Below, one piece after another: positions 46,501 to 58,246 of a stretch of 64,000 bases of DNA. How positions within the stretch are numbered: position 1 is the first letter of the stretch; every line of letters starts with the position of its first letter. Source of the DNA: Emiliania huxleyi CCMP1516 (taxonomy: Eukaryota); contig NW_005201092.1 of assembly GCF_000372725.1 (NCBI RefSeq), forward strand, positions 294,395 to 358,394. Reading direction: 5' to 3'. The position numbers and the translations under genes were made by a program. The notes under the pieces are model-generated. The model did not search any database. It saw nothing but the letters and a program-made list of their open reading frames with translations, and had not been told where the DNA came from.

Positions 46501-47130
46501 ACGGGCTGGGGTTACTACCACATGCTCCAGTTCTTCGCCTTCGACGTCTTCCACCACTCCGCGCTGAGCGACGCGGAGTACGTGATGCGCATCGACAGCG
46601 ACGCGACGATCGACGCGCGGATGCCCGACCTCTTCGCGATGGTGAGGCTGCGCGGCGCGGCCTACCTGACCCCGGTCGGCAACGCCGACTGCGGCGACAT
46701 TGTCGAGGGGCTGCCCGGGCTCGCCTATGCCGCCGCAGAGATTTACGGCCTCGAGGCGCGCGTGAAGCGGCTCGTGTACCGCAAGGCGTGCAGACCGGGC
46801 ACGCTGTGCGTGGATCGGGGCAAGCTGTGCGTGCTCGGCTTTTACAATAACCTCGAGGTCGTGCGCGTCGCCGACTTTATCGCACCACCGCCCGCCGCCG
46901 CGACGTTCGCCAGCGCCGTGCAGCGCTCTCTCGGCATCTACCGCCACCGCTGGGGAGACGCTATTATTCGCCGGCTGATGCTGGCGCTGATGGGCAGCAG
47001 CGTGATCTACCTCGACGAGTTGGCCCCCCGCTCCGAGTACTGCCACCGACAGTTCTGCGTGGGGGCGCGCGGCAATACGCGCACCGACAAGTTCGGCCAG
47101 GTGCATGCGTTCGAACTCGCCGTGGGCTGA
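43535..47130 (+). CDS. Tri-domain glycan enzyme: GT32 (Och1/Sur1-like, DXD) + SGNH O-acetyltransferase/esterase + GT15 (Kre2/Ktr-like)
   Basis: IPRIIHQ...RADTARL...GGWYLDTD...HPLW; ILFVGDSFIRQ...GIWD...DGTHY; GYYHML.F...YVMRIDSD...FYNNLE...GIYRHRWGDA; predicted introns 43909-43980, 44231-44354, 45644-45827 and 46098-46160 all keep frame. Confidence 0.8.
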
Positions 47131-47841
47131 AGGCTAAACGGCTGCGGGTTGTCGCCTCTTACATACTATCTCTGCTCGTCTACTGTCAGCTCTCCCGGGT
47201 TGCGGAACCGCACTTGCCGAGGCTGCGGCCGAAGCGGTGTAGGCGGACAACGATGCGGCGTGACGGGCGCGGGTGGAGTGCCGGACACGAGGACACGCTG
47301 GTGAGTGGACGGCAGGGCCTTCCATTGTTAGGACTCCTAACACGCTTCCAAGCGTGGGATTCTAGCATGGGATGCCAGCGCGCAAGGGGGTATGGGGGGA
47401 GGGGGGGGAGAGTAGTAGTGTCGTGCTTTTCGCCAAAACGCAAAAAGAAAGAGGAGACGCTGGTCGCTGCCGTCAGACGAGGGGTTGCTATCCGGTGCAA
47501 GCACGAGCGGTCGTGACGCGACGGCGTGTACCATCACACACCCCGTTGCCGAGGTTGTCGTGAAAGTGTGTTGTGGGTCCTTGCAAACTTTAGCGCTTCT
47601 CATCGTTGGACACGCACATGCACACAGCACACACCGGCGGGCGCTTTCGAGGCGAGGCGGGCGCCACAACGCCTAGGAGCACAAACAGTGAACGAGCGAC
47701 ACCTACGACAACAACCCGCATGGGCAACCCGCGACAACCCGCGGGTCGCGGCCAAGCAGCAAGCTGTGCTCGGTTTCGCACCGAGTCCACACCGAACTCT
47801 GACGCAGCCGGGGGGGCGCCCCTATGGCCGCCCCCGTACGC

Positions 47842-48311
47842 TCACCTCGGGCAGGTGCTCGGCCCCGTGGCGAAGGGGCGGTGGTTTCTGAACGTGTGCT
47901 TGAGGTCTACCCCCTGCTCGTGCCACCACTCAAGCGCGAGCGCCACGCGCGTGCCGCTCTCGAACGGCGTGACGCGGTGCTCCTGGTCCGAGCGGTAGAA
48001 GAGCGCCTCGTGCTGCGTCGGCCGCGCGCGGTGCACCACGCCGTCGCTCTCGTGCTCGAGCGCCGCGCCCGCGTACGCGCCGTCGGCCGAGAGCATCAGC
48101 AGCATCGTCACCGCCGACTGCGGGTCGATGTGCCAGCCGAGCGAGTCGGCCGGCTCGTGGTACTGCAACAGCTCGATCGTGCGCGTCGTCAGCCGATTCG
48201 CGTCCAGCCGCCCCCACGTCGCATTCGCATCAGCCTCGAGCGCCAGGCGCCGGAAGCGCGCAAAGAGCCCCGGCCGGCATAGCCCTCGTCCTTGTGGCTG
48301 CTCTCATCTAC
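47842..48311 (-). CDS. 2OG-Fe(II) oxygenase (P4H-like), 5' part unresolved
   Basis: QY...LGWHID...TMLLML...YAGAAL...ALFY.S...HRVTP..SGTR (HxD...H...R). Confidence 0.75.
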
Positions 48312-48846
48312 CTGAGGAAGCGGAAGGCGCGCGAGCAGGCCCGCCGCGTCATGCAAAGGCAAAGTGTGCCAGACTGAGGTTGAGCTCGCGGTCGGAGGAG
48401 GAAAGCCGAGTCGAGTCGCTGTGGAGGAGCTCAGCGTGGTCCACACCATGATGGTCCGCGGTACGACTACGAGGTGGTGGACGTGCGGCCGCGGATTTGA
48501 CTGAGCGCCACCTTTTGGCGTGGCGTGCCGCTGCTTGAATTGCGCGGAGAGTGAGCTCGATTGCATGCTGTACGGAGGCGCGTGTGAGCGCGAGTGAGTG
48601 CAGTTTGAAGCATGAAAAGCAAAAAAAGACGCTCGGCCACAGCGCCTCCACACTCTCGGAAGGGGCTGTCGCGCTTTTGCCTTTTCCAACCCGCCCGGCC
48701 CCGCACGGATAAAGCCGTAACACGCACTTGCTGACTCTGCTCTCTGGCACCCACCGCCCCCTCCACGGCGGCCCGTCTCTCTGACACCCCCCCCCCCTTC
48801 CTCCGCCCCACCCCGCGGCCGCCGCCTCCCTCCGCCGCCGCCGACC

Positions 48847-49753
48847 TCACCTCGCGGCGGGCGGCCTCCCCTTTCGCGACGGCATGCGGAAGAGCGAGGC
48901 GGCGCCCTTGGAGGCCCTCGGTGCGGTCGCCTCGCCGAGCGGCGAGGCGGAGGGCGAGGCGGAGGAGGCGGCACCGTCGGAGAGCGCGGCGGTGGAGGCC
49001 GTGAAGCTCGCCTCGGCCAAGCCTTGCCGCAACGCGAAGATGCGACGCTCCGGCGACGGCAGCCCCTCGGCCGTCACTGCGCCCTTTGAGCCCGGCGCGG
49101 GACTCGCGCCCGCGCCCACCGAGAGGGAGGGCGCGTCGCAGCCGCCGCCCAACAAGACGCCGGATGGCTGTGCCGCCGCCTCGGCCGCCGCCGCCGCGGC
49201 AGCCGATGCCACGGCTCCCGCCGCCAGCCTCGCCGCGTAGCTCGCCCCCGTCGCGTAGCACTGCGGCGTCGCCTCGGCGGAGTAGGCGAAGGCACGAGCT
49301 CGCGCCGCCGCCGCCTGGAGGCGCAGCGACTCCACCGTCGCCTTGAGCCCCTCGACCTCCCGCTGCAGCTGCTTGACCTACAATCGGGCACCCCCCTCGG
49401 CATCCTCTCGGCTGCGCTCGAGCTGCCCCCCTCGCCCCTCCGGCTGCAGGCTGCTTCACCTCGCCGACGAGCGTGTCGCGCGTGCCATGCAGCCGCGACG
49501 ACGCCTTGTACGGCCCTCCGCGCTCAAGGAATTAAGCATTCATAGCTGATACACAAATAGGCGGCGGCGCCTTGTACGGCCCTCCACGCGTCGAGATCTC
49601 CATCGCCCGCTTGAAGAGGCCTCGCGCGACGGCGCTCTCGGCCACCACCGGCCCGCGCAGCTCGATGGACAGCGACTGCTTCGAGGGGGTCCGCCCGCCT
49701 GTTCACAGCGAGGGGTGTGAAAGAGGCCTCGCTGCTGCAGCGACTGCTTCGCG

Positions 49754-49821
<68 letters not shown>

Positions 49822-52800
49822 CCCGCCCGCAGAGGCCACCCGCGGCTCCTTGGAGAGAGTGAGCGGCGGGATGAGGACCCGCATGAGCTCGTCCTCCTCC
49901 GCCGCCGGCGCCGCCCTCTCCACCTCCACCTCCGCCTCCGCCTCCGCCTCCGCCTCCGCCTCCGCCGCCTCCGCCTCCGCGTCCACTGCTCCCGCTCGCA
50001 CCGCCCGCCGCGTGGGTGACTGTCCTCCCAGGATCGGGTCGATGGCGGACCACTTGTCGGCAGTCGAGCCCGCGCCGCCGCGCCTCGCCTCGGGCCCCTC
50101 GAGCACCTGTTATCACTCATCGACTACTTAATTACTAATTCGGCCGCGCCCCGCCTCGCCCCCCCGCTCGAGCGCCATCTCGATGGGCGAGATGTCCAGC
50201 GTGAGCTTGTGCCGCCACGAGGGCAGGCCGAGCAAGTCGGAGAGCTCGAGGAAGGGCGTGAGGATCTTGATCTCCGCACTGTGCCACCCTTCGCGCATCA
50301 GCTTGTCGATGCCGCGGTAGATGCGCCCGTGCCGCAGCCGCAGCCGCGCCGTCTCCCCTAGCTGAGACGACCACTGCGCCCCCTCGAGCGGCGCCCAAAA
50401 GTCGTCCAACGCGCGCCAAAAGGCGGGCACGTACAGCACCTTGCCCGGTGCGAGGCCGAGCGACAGCTCATGCGCCGCATCGTCTGCACCGGAGCGGAGC
50501 TGCCACACGCGCAGCGCCGGCGGAGCGCCCCCCTCCTCCGCCGAGCCGGTGAGCTCTGCCGAGGCGGCCCCAGAGCCGCGCGGCGACAGAGGCGAAACCA
50601 CCGCGCCGGCGGCCGCCGCACCGACGCCCGCCAGCCACGCGCCCACCTTTTGGAGCGCCGAGCCGCCCCCCTTGACCTTCGCCAGCTCCGCCGCGCACAT
50701 GTCTCCGGCGAAGTCGACGCCGCCCCCAAGGGCGAGGTCGGGGCGGGGCGGCGGGGCGCCGGAGAGGGTGATGAAGTGCGGCGAGCCGGCCGAGAGCAAG
50801 TCGACGGCGATGAGCGAGGCGAGGTAGGTGTGGGAGGCCGAGCCGAGTCCGACGACAGCGCGGCTGCGATGCCTCAGCTCGCGCGCCTCGACCCGCAACA
50901 GCTCTGTGCCGTCGCCGTCCACCGTCGCCGCCCTGCTCGCTGGCACGCGGACGGGCGCGCGGCCTCCGGAGTGCGACCCGCCTGCTGGCAATCTCGTGTC
51001 ATCTCGTGTGATCTCGCGTCATCTCGGGCAATCTCGCGTCATTTCGTGTCATCTCGTGTCATCTCGGGCAATCTCGGCTCATCTCGGCTCATCTTGGGCA
51101 ATCTCGGGTCATCTCGTGTCATCTCGTGTCATCGAGGGTCGCCTCGAATCGTCTTAGGAGATTTCGGGAGATCTCGGGTCCTAGCGGGAGATCTCAAGAG
51201 AGTTCGGCCGCCGGAGTGTGACCCGCCTGCGGCGGCGGCGTGCAGCGCCTCGAGCGGCGAGGCGGCGCGCAGCAGCGTCGCGCTCGCCACGTCGAGCCGG
51301 AGGTCCGAGCAGCTCGACACGTACAGGCGCGGCGCGGCGTCGAGCCGCGGGTCTGTCGGCAGCGGAGCTCCGCTCGCAAGCTCGAAATCGAGGCCGCCCT
51401 CGACCTCGTCCACGTCTCCGCCGCGCTCCGCCTCCTCCTCGACGTCCTCCGGCGCAGCCGCGCCCGCGCCGCGCCCGCGCACGCCGCAGCCGCCGCCCGC
51501 GGCGCCTCGCGTGGCGACGTGCGTCTGGGCGACCAGCCGGCACCTGGGGCAGTGGAGAGGGCGCAGAGGCGTCGGAGAGGGAGAAGAGGAGGGCGGCGGG
51601 GCGACGGGCAAGCACCACGCGAGCGTGTCATCTCGTGTCATCTCGGGAGATCTCGGGAGATCTCGGGAGATGTCGGCGCCACGCGAGCGTGTCGACAGGC
51701 AGCCGCTCCTCCGCCCGCTGCAGCGCCTCCCTCAGCTGCGGCTCCTCCTTGGCCAGAGCCTCGCGCGCGGCGCGGAGCGCCTTCGAGTCGGTCAGCGCCG
51801 CCGGCCGAAGCTTGCCCTGCCCGAGCCCGCGCTGCAGGAAGGAGACGTAGTCGCGGCGGTACGAGCGCGCTTGGCGGAGCAGCAGCACCGTGTCCGCAGG
51901 GCAGCGCGTGTTCTTGGGTCGGATGGCGAGGACGACCGCGCGCGCCGCCGCCTGCCACCGCAGCCGGGGTATAGCCGAGGGATAGCCGAGGGATAGCCGA
52001 GGTATGGCCGAGAGATAGCCGAGAGATAGCCGAGAGGGATAGCCGAGGGATAGCCGCCGCCTGCCACCGCAGCCTCGGCGGCACCACCTCGGAGCCGAGC
52101 TCGTCGATGGCCAGGCGAGAGAGCGAGCGCAGCCCGACGGCGGGCCTGGGGAGATGCCACGAGATGTGGGGAGATCTGGGGGAGAGGCGGGCCTGGGGAG
52201 ATGCCACGAGATGTGGGGAGATCTGGGGGAGAGGCCACGAGATGTGGGGAGATCTGGGGGAGAGGCGGGCCTGGGGAGATGCCACGAGATGTGGGGAGAT
52301 CTGGGGGAGAGGCGGGCCTGGGGAGATGCCACGAGATGTGGGGAGATCTGGGGGAGAGGCGGGCCTGGGGAGATGCCACGAGATGTGGGGAGATCTGGGG
52401 GAGAGGCGGGCCTGGGGAGATGCCACGAGATGTGGGGAGATCTGGGGGAGAGGCCACGAGATGTGGGGAGATCTGGGGGAGAGGCGGGCCTGGGGAGAGA
52501 TCACGAGATGTGGGGAGATCTGGGGGAGAGGCGGGCCTGGCGACGGTGTACGCGGCCCACAGCTTGTGCGCGGACGAGAGCGCCGAGAGGGAGAGGAGAG
52601 CCGCCAGCTGCAGGTCAGTGGCGCGCATCACCAGCCGCTCCGCGTGCTGCCGCTTGACGGCAAGCGGACGGCCGTACCCGAACGCTGCGGGGGAGGAGCG
52701 GTGCGACATGTCCGAGGAGAAGGTCGCCCGCAGGCAGATCTCGCCCGACCCTTCCCCCAGGTGCCACCGCCCGGGAGAGTACAGCCGCTGCGGACCGCCG

Positions 52801-54668
52801 CCGCCCCCGCCGCCGCTGCCGCCGCCGCTGCCGCCGCCGCCTCCGCCGCCTCCGCCGCCCTTGTCTGCTGGAGTACCGCTGATTCTGCCTCCCGTGCTCG
52901 AGGTGAGCCGCACGAGCCACTCCGCGGCCGCCCAGCGCCCGCTCTCTCTCCCAATGCCCTCCATCGCCTCGCGGACGGCGTACGCACTGCGGATCGCCGC
53001 GGACTGACGCGCTAGCTCCGCCGCCTTGTCCGCCTTCTTCTTGCTCTTGACGTTGATCGCTTCGGCGGCGGAGGCGGCGGTGGCGGCGGCGGCGGTGGCG
53101 GCGGCGGTGGCGGCGGCCCGAGCCAGGGTCTCGGAGGCGGTGGGTGCCGCGGAGGCGGCGGCAGCGCTGTCGGGAGCGGCGGCTGTCGGCTTGTCGCCGA
53201 GGACGGAGGAGAAGGCGCCTCGCTGCCCTCCTCCAGTGTGGCAGTACAGGCCCGTCTCCCACACCTCGACCGACGTCTCCACCGACTCCTTCTCCACCTT
53301 GGTGCTCACCTCGACGCGCGGGAGGACGAGGCCGAGGCTGAAGGGAGGCGCGCCGCCGCCGCCTCGCGGCCGCTCGAGCCGCACGTGCACGCCTGCTCAC
53401 ACCGCCACTGCTGTGAAGACAGGCCGAGAGGGCGAGGCAACTACCTCGGCTGCACCTCGGCTGCACCTCGGCTGCACCTCGGCTGCACCTCGGCTGCACC
53501 TCGGCTGCACCTCGGCTGCACCTCGGCTGCACCTCGGCTGCACCTCGGCTGCACCTCGGCTGCACCTCGGCTATCTCTCGGCTATCTCTCGGCTATCTCT
53601 CGGCCATCTCTCGGCTATCTCTCGGCTATCTCTCGGCTATCTCTCGCCCTTGACCGAGAGGGCGAGGTTGACGTGCGAGAAGAGGCGCGCCTTGATTCGC
53701 TCGAGCAGCGTGCGCCGGCGCGGCTTCGCGTGCAGCGCCTTGAGCTTGCCCACCAGCGCCGCCACCGCCTTCTCCACCGCCGCCGCCTTGGCCGCCTTGA
53801 GGTCCTCGACGCTCCACGCGTCCGCCTCCTGCACGAGCAGCAACCGAGCTCCGAGCCGAGAGGCGCCGAGAGACGCCGAGGGGAGCCGAGAGGAGCCGAG
53901 AGGGAGCCGAGAGGAGCCGAGAGGAGCCGAGAGGTAGCCGAGAGGAGCCGAGAGTAGCAGCGGCCTGCACGAGCAGCACCGCGTTGAGCCCCTCGACCTG
54001 CAGCGTCCACTTATTATTCTTATTCGTATTCGTATTATTATTATCATATTATTAATCTTTTGTTTTTTGTTTTCAGCCCCTCGACCTGCAGCGTCCACTT
54101 GGCTTCTCGCGAGGTCATGTTCCCCCACGGGATGTCCATGTAGATGCGGCGCGACGACAGGTGCACGAGGCGCAGGGTCGAGCCCGCGTTGACCAGCGCG
54201 TCGTTGACGACGGAGGCGCGGACCTGCGCCGCGGGCCAATCAGTCGTCGATACCAACTCGTAGCTGGACAGGAGCGGGCCTGGCGGGCGGGCCAAGGCGG
54301 TGGCGCCCAAGGCGGCGCGAGTGGAGAGAGCGGGCGGCGTGGCTGCGAGGCGCGGACGCCGACTGGGTGATGCTGCGGTGGCAACCGAAGCTGGGTGGCG
54401 TGGCAGTGACGGCGGTGAGGCAGTGGCGGTGGCGGCGCGAGCGGCGGCGTTGGCGGCAGGCGCAGGACGTCCGACGCTGCGAGCGAGGCGGGCGGCGGCT
54501 CACGATGGCATTCTCGAGGCTGATGTCTGAGGATTCGTGCACGACAAAGTCGGAGCAGGCGTCACCAATGTCGGGGTGTTCGCCGACCTCGAGGAAGGGG
54601 CGGATGCGTTGGGTGACCTTGGAGTCGACGTACTCGTGCAGCTTCTTCTTGAGCAGCCCGCGTCCCAT
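48847..54668 (-). CDS. Short VPS13-like (Chorein_N) lipid-transfer protein, at least 10 introns
   Basis: ISLENA...YMDIPWGN...LQVEGL, LLERIK, HVHVRLE...FSLGLVL, RWQAAARAV...RRDYV...EERL...CRLVA match the VPS13 N-terminal region; spliced C-terminus ends in a coiled coil and a low-complexity tail. Confidence 0.75.
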
Positions 54669-55103
54669 CGCGTTGCGGCGCGTTCCGGGCACTCTTCGGC
54701 CCTCCAAGGCTGCCGCCGCGTTGTCCTCCGCGCCCTCCGCGTCGGCCCCTTGTTGGCTGCGCTAGCCGCCGCCTTGTCCTTCACAGAAACAAAGAATTCG
54801 CCGCCTGGGTGTGGCGGCGCGCGGACGGTGGCGGCGGCGCGCGGACGGCGGCGGCGGCGCGGCGGCGCTGCTCCTCTGCTGCTGATGATGACAATGATGC
54901 TGCTCCTGCTGCCGCTCCCGCCCGCCAGCTGCCCGCACGCAAAGTGTCATCGTCGTCATCATCTCTTCACCTTCACACTGGTCGAGTCATAGGTGCGAGG
55001 GGCGTGGACGGCGGAGCTGGATCACACACACACACACACACCGGGGAGAGGCATTCAGTCGAGGGCAGTGAGGGTCCAGCTGGGTGGTGTAATTACTTAT
55101 TTA

Positions 55104-55194
55104 TTGAGCACTTGAGCACTTGATAGGGTCGATTCCGCATGGTACGAGACCCCTCGTGCCTCGATCGTCTCGCCCTCCCTCACTGGTGTGTTCA
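55104..55194 (-). mobile_element. Repeat family B copy
   Basis: Reverse complement of 25289-25378 with a small insertion. Confidence 0.8.
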
Positions 55195-55745
55195 TTAGTT
55201 AGTAATTAGGATAATAAATACTAATTATTAATCATCGGGCGGCGGCGCGGCGAGGGAGCGGGCGACGCAGGGCGGGGCGGGGCGGCGCGGCGGTGGGTGG
55301 GGTAATTAATTATTTATAAATGATTTATTAATTAATAATCATCGGGCGGCGGCGCGGCGCGGCGGCGGGCGGCGCGGAGCGGGGCGGCGCGGAGCGGGGC
55401 GGCGCGAACATCTGTATAGGCCAAAGGGTTGTGGGTTGCTCATGGAAGACGAGTCTTTAGCGTAAAACGGAGGGCGTAGCCGTAATCAGCGCTATGAAAT
55501 TAGCCGGGAACGTATCTTGTAAGAGGTGTGGCGAAGATGATTTTTTTCGGGGGGGTACCCAGCCTGGACTGCGATAGCATACCTCTTTTTCTTCTCGAGC
55601 TCAGCGGGCAGCGGCGGGCAGGCAACACAGCCCGTGGGCTCGCAGTCGGCCATGGCAGAGCGACGGTGGTACGGCCTATTCCTGGCCTTAATATCGGCGG
55701 CAGCCTGTCAACCGACCATGGGCGCCTCAGCCAACGGAGCAGCAG

Positions 55746-56156
55746 GTGAGGGCGGCGTTGGCGGCAGCGGCGAGCAGCGGCAGCGGCGCTCTCGATAGCG
55801 CCGACGCCTCGGTCGCGGCGCTGAGCGCGAGGGAGGCGGCGGAGGCCGCGGCCCGAGACGTCGCTTCTCGACTCGAGGCTGAGGCGGCCGCCGCCGCCGC
55901 TCGGGCTCAGGAGGCGCGGGCTCGGGTCGAGGCGGAGGGGCAGGTGACGCAGGCGCTCGTCGACCATTACGTGGGCGTCGGCGAGCGGCTCAAGGTGATG
56001 GTGCGCGCGTATCAGACGCGGACGGGGTGCTTGCCGACCAGGCAATCAGACATCGGCCCCGATTACGCGCGACTTTGCAACGAGTACAACTCCCTCAAGC
56101 GGAACCACGAGGGGCTGGCGCAGGCAGCCAAGCGGGCCAGGAGCGCTGGGTCGTGA
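55746..56156 (+). CDS. Ala-rich coiled-coil ORF or terminal exon, unknown function
   Basis: Protein-like composition; no clear initiator ATG and no domain. Confidence 0.3.
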   Translation: MRAALAAAASSGSGALDSADASVAALSAREAAEAAARDVASRLEAEAAAAAARAQEARARVEAEGQVTQALVDHYVGVGERLKVMVRAYQTRTGCLPTRQSDIGPDYARLCNEYNSLKRNHEGLAQAAKRARSAGS

Positions 56157-56849
56157 GGTGTGGCCGGCAGCGGCTCGCGCGGGTGATTTTGAGTCGCGGA
56201 ATCGCGGATCTCGGTCGCCGCGCGTCTCTGCGCAGAACCCTCTGGTAGCGCGGTATGGTCGGTGGTCGAGTCTGAGGGTACTGTTATGTGAATTGAGTGT
56301 TGTGTGGCGCCCGTCCGGACTCGTGGGGCTGCTGTGAGCCGCTTGGTTCAGCGTCTAAAGGCTTTAAAGGAACCTCGGCCCACCCCTACAGCTATCCCTT
56401 TGGCCTATAATCTGCTCTGATCAGGCCTCCGGCCTTTGAGGCAGGGCAATGATCAGGCCCTCGACTCAAGCGGCTGCCTTCCACCCGTAGCTGCTCAGGC
56501 CGGGGGAGGGGGAGAGGTCTCCTGTTCCGCGGAACACGCGCGAGCAGGCCCCTCCTTGCCCGGTCTGTGATGCAGGGCGGTGGTCGTGCCATCGTCGCTT
56601 CGTACGCGCAACAACCCCGCCGCAATGGTCGCCGGCGCGCGACATTCCTAGCATGACCGTCCTCGCCGAATGCGTGCCGCCAAGGCGGGACGCACTCAGG
56701 GACGGTGCGGACGGGACGCGGCTCGAAGCGCGGCTCCCGCGGAGGCACGACTGGCATCCGTGGCGCGGGGATCGTCTTCGGAAAGTCGGGCATGGCTCTA
56801 CCCGCAACTCTCTCGCTGACACGCGCACCCCGTCGACCTTACGAAGGAT

Positions 56850-57446
56850 GGGCGCGCTGCGGTCGCACGCCCAAGTCATACGCCACGGCGTGCGATCTAG
56901 ATTCAGCCCACGTGCCTCTGCTCGCATACACTCATACAATGAATTGACATCTCCCATGAGGGCGAGTTAGGGCTAGCAGTAGGCAGCTAGCCAGTGAGGG
57001 AGGGCGAGACGATCGAGGGGTCCCGTACCATGCGGAATCGACCCTATCAAGTGCTCAAGTGCTCAAGCTAGCCTGTGAGGAGAGCGTCCATAGACACCTC
57101 ACATGACCCCACACACGGTCTCGCCCATGCCTTGCGGCTAGCGGTGAGATTGCTAGAGGCGGAGCAAGCCTGCTCTAGCCTCGCATGTTACTTGCTGTCG
57201 TCTGTTGTTTGTTGTGCCCTTGTTTGTTCCTTTGACACCTTGTGGAGTGCTGGGGGGGGCGGCGACAGGGAGGATGTGGCCCTGAGTTATGTGTACGCCA
57301 ACTCAGGGTGTGTGGCAGCCAGCTGGCTGTGTGTCTTGTGAGCTTGTTTGTGTCTGTGTGTTGCTCGTGCGTGTCGTCATCATCTGTCCAGCGTCCACCC
57401 ATGGGTTGGTGTCCAGTCCGAGCCTGGCTGTTCTTCACCTTCCTAC
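56850..57446 (+). mobile_element. Repeat family A copy carrying a nested family B insertion (56993-57065)
   Basis: Colinear with 28073-28590 except for an insert flanked by AGCTAGCC duplication. Confidence 0.85.
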
Positions 57447-57465
57447 ATCATGTGCATGCACATGT

Positions 57466-57519
57466 TGTGTGTGTGAGTGAGTGTGTGTGTGCGTGTGTGT
57501 GTCACTCACACACACACAC

Positions 57520-57596
<77 letters not shown>

Positions 57597-58111
57597 AAAT
57601 GAACTCGGGGGCACAGGACGCGGTACAAACGGGGTACATCAAAAGGCACGGGCTGCCTGCACGGCGTTCACTCGAACGCCATGCACATGGCGCGGAGCAG
57701 CATCGGGTTGGTGTCGAACCCGAGCGGGTCCTCCTCCCAATCCCGGCGCCCACCCTCCGCGTCGTCCTGCTCATCGTGCGCGTCGAGCACCCTGCCGAGG
57801 CACAGGATCGTCCCCTTGGGAACGCCTGCCCCTCGCGGGCGCGGGAACTCTCATCCCTGCACCGCCATCACCTGCCATCACGAACTTCTCTCGCGCGCCC
57901 ACTTGCCGCCACGGCGGCAGTGCTGGGGCGCGCGCTCGCGCAGCTCCTCGTAGAGCTCCTCGGCCCTCGCCACCTCCGCCGCCCAGCCCTCCGCCGACGC
58001 CTTGAGCCGACTTCTTCTCCCTGAGCGTCTTGAACACCGGCGGCGGCGTCGGCGATGGCGCCACCTCCGGCTCGCCCGCCTGTGTGTGTGTGTGTGTGTG
58101 TGTCGTGTGTG

Positions 58112-58197
<86 letters not shown>

Positions 58198-58233
58198 CTC
58201 ACTCACACTCACTCACTCACTCACTCACTCACA
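57466..58233. repeat. (TG)n microsatellite blocks (57466-57593 and 58081-58196) bracketing a degenerate GC-rich fragment
   Basis: Directly visible. Confidence 0.9.
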
Positions 58234-58246
58234 CCTTCGGGTTTCT

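Noticed and set aside
56466..56970. Possible tyrosine-recombinase or other transposon ORF upstream of the family A copy
   Set aside because: No convincing catalytic motifs in any frame
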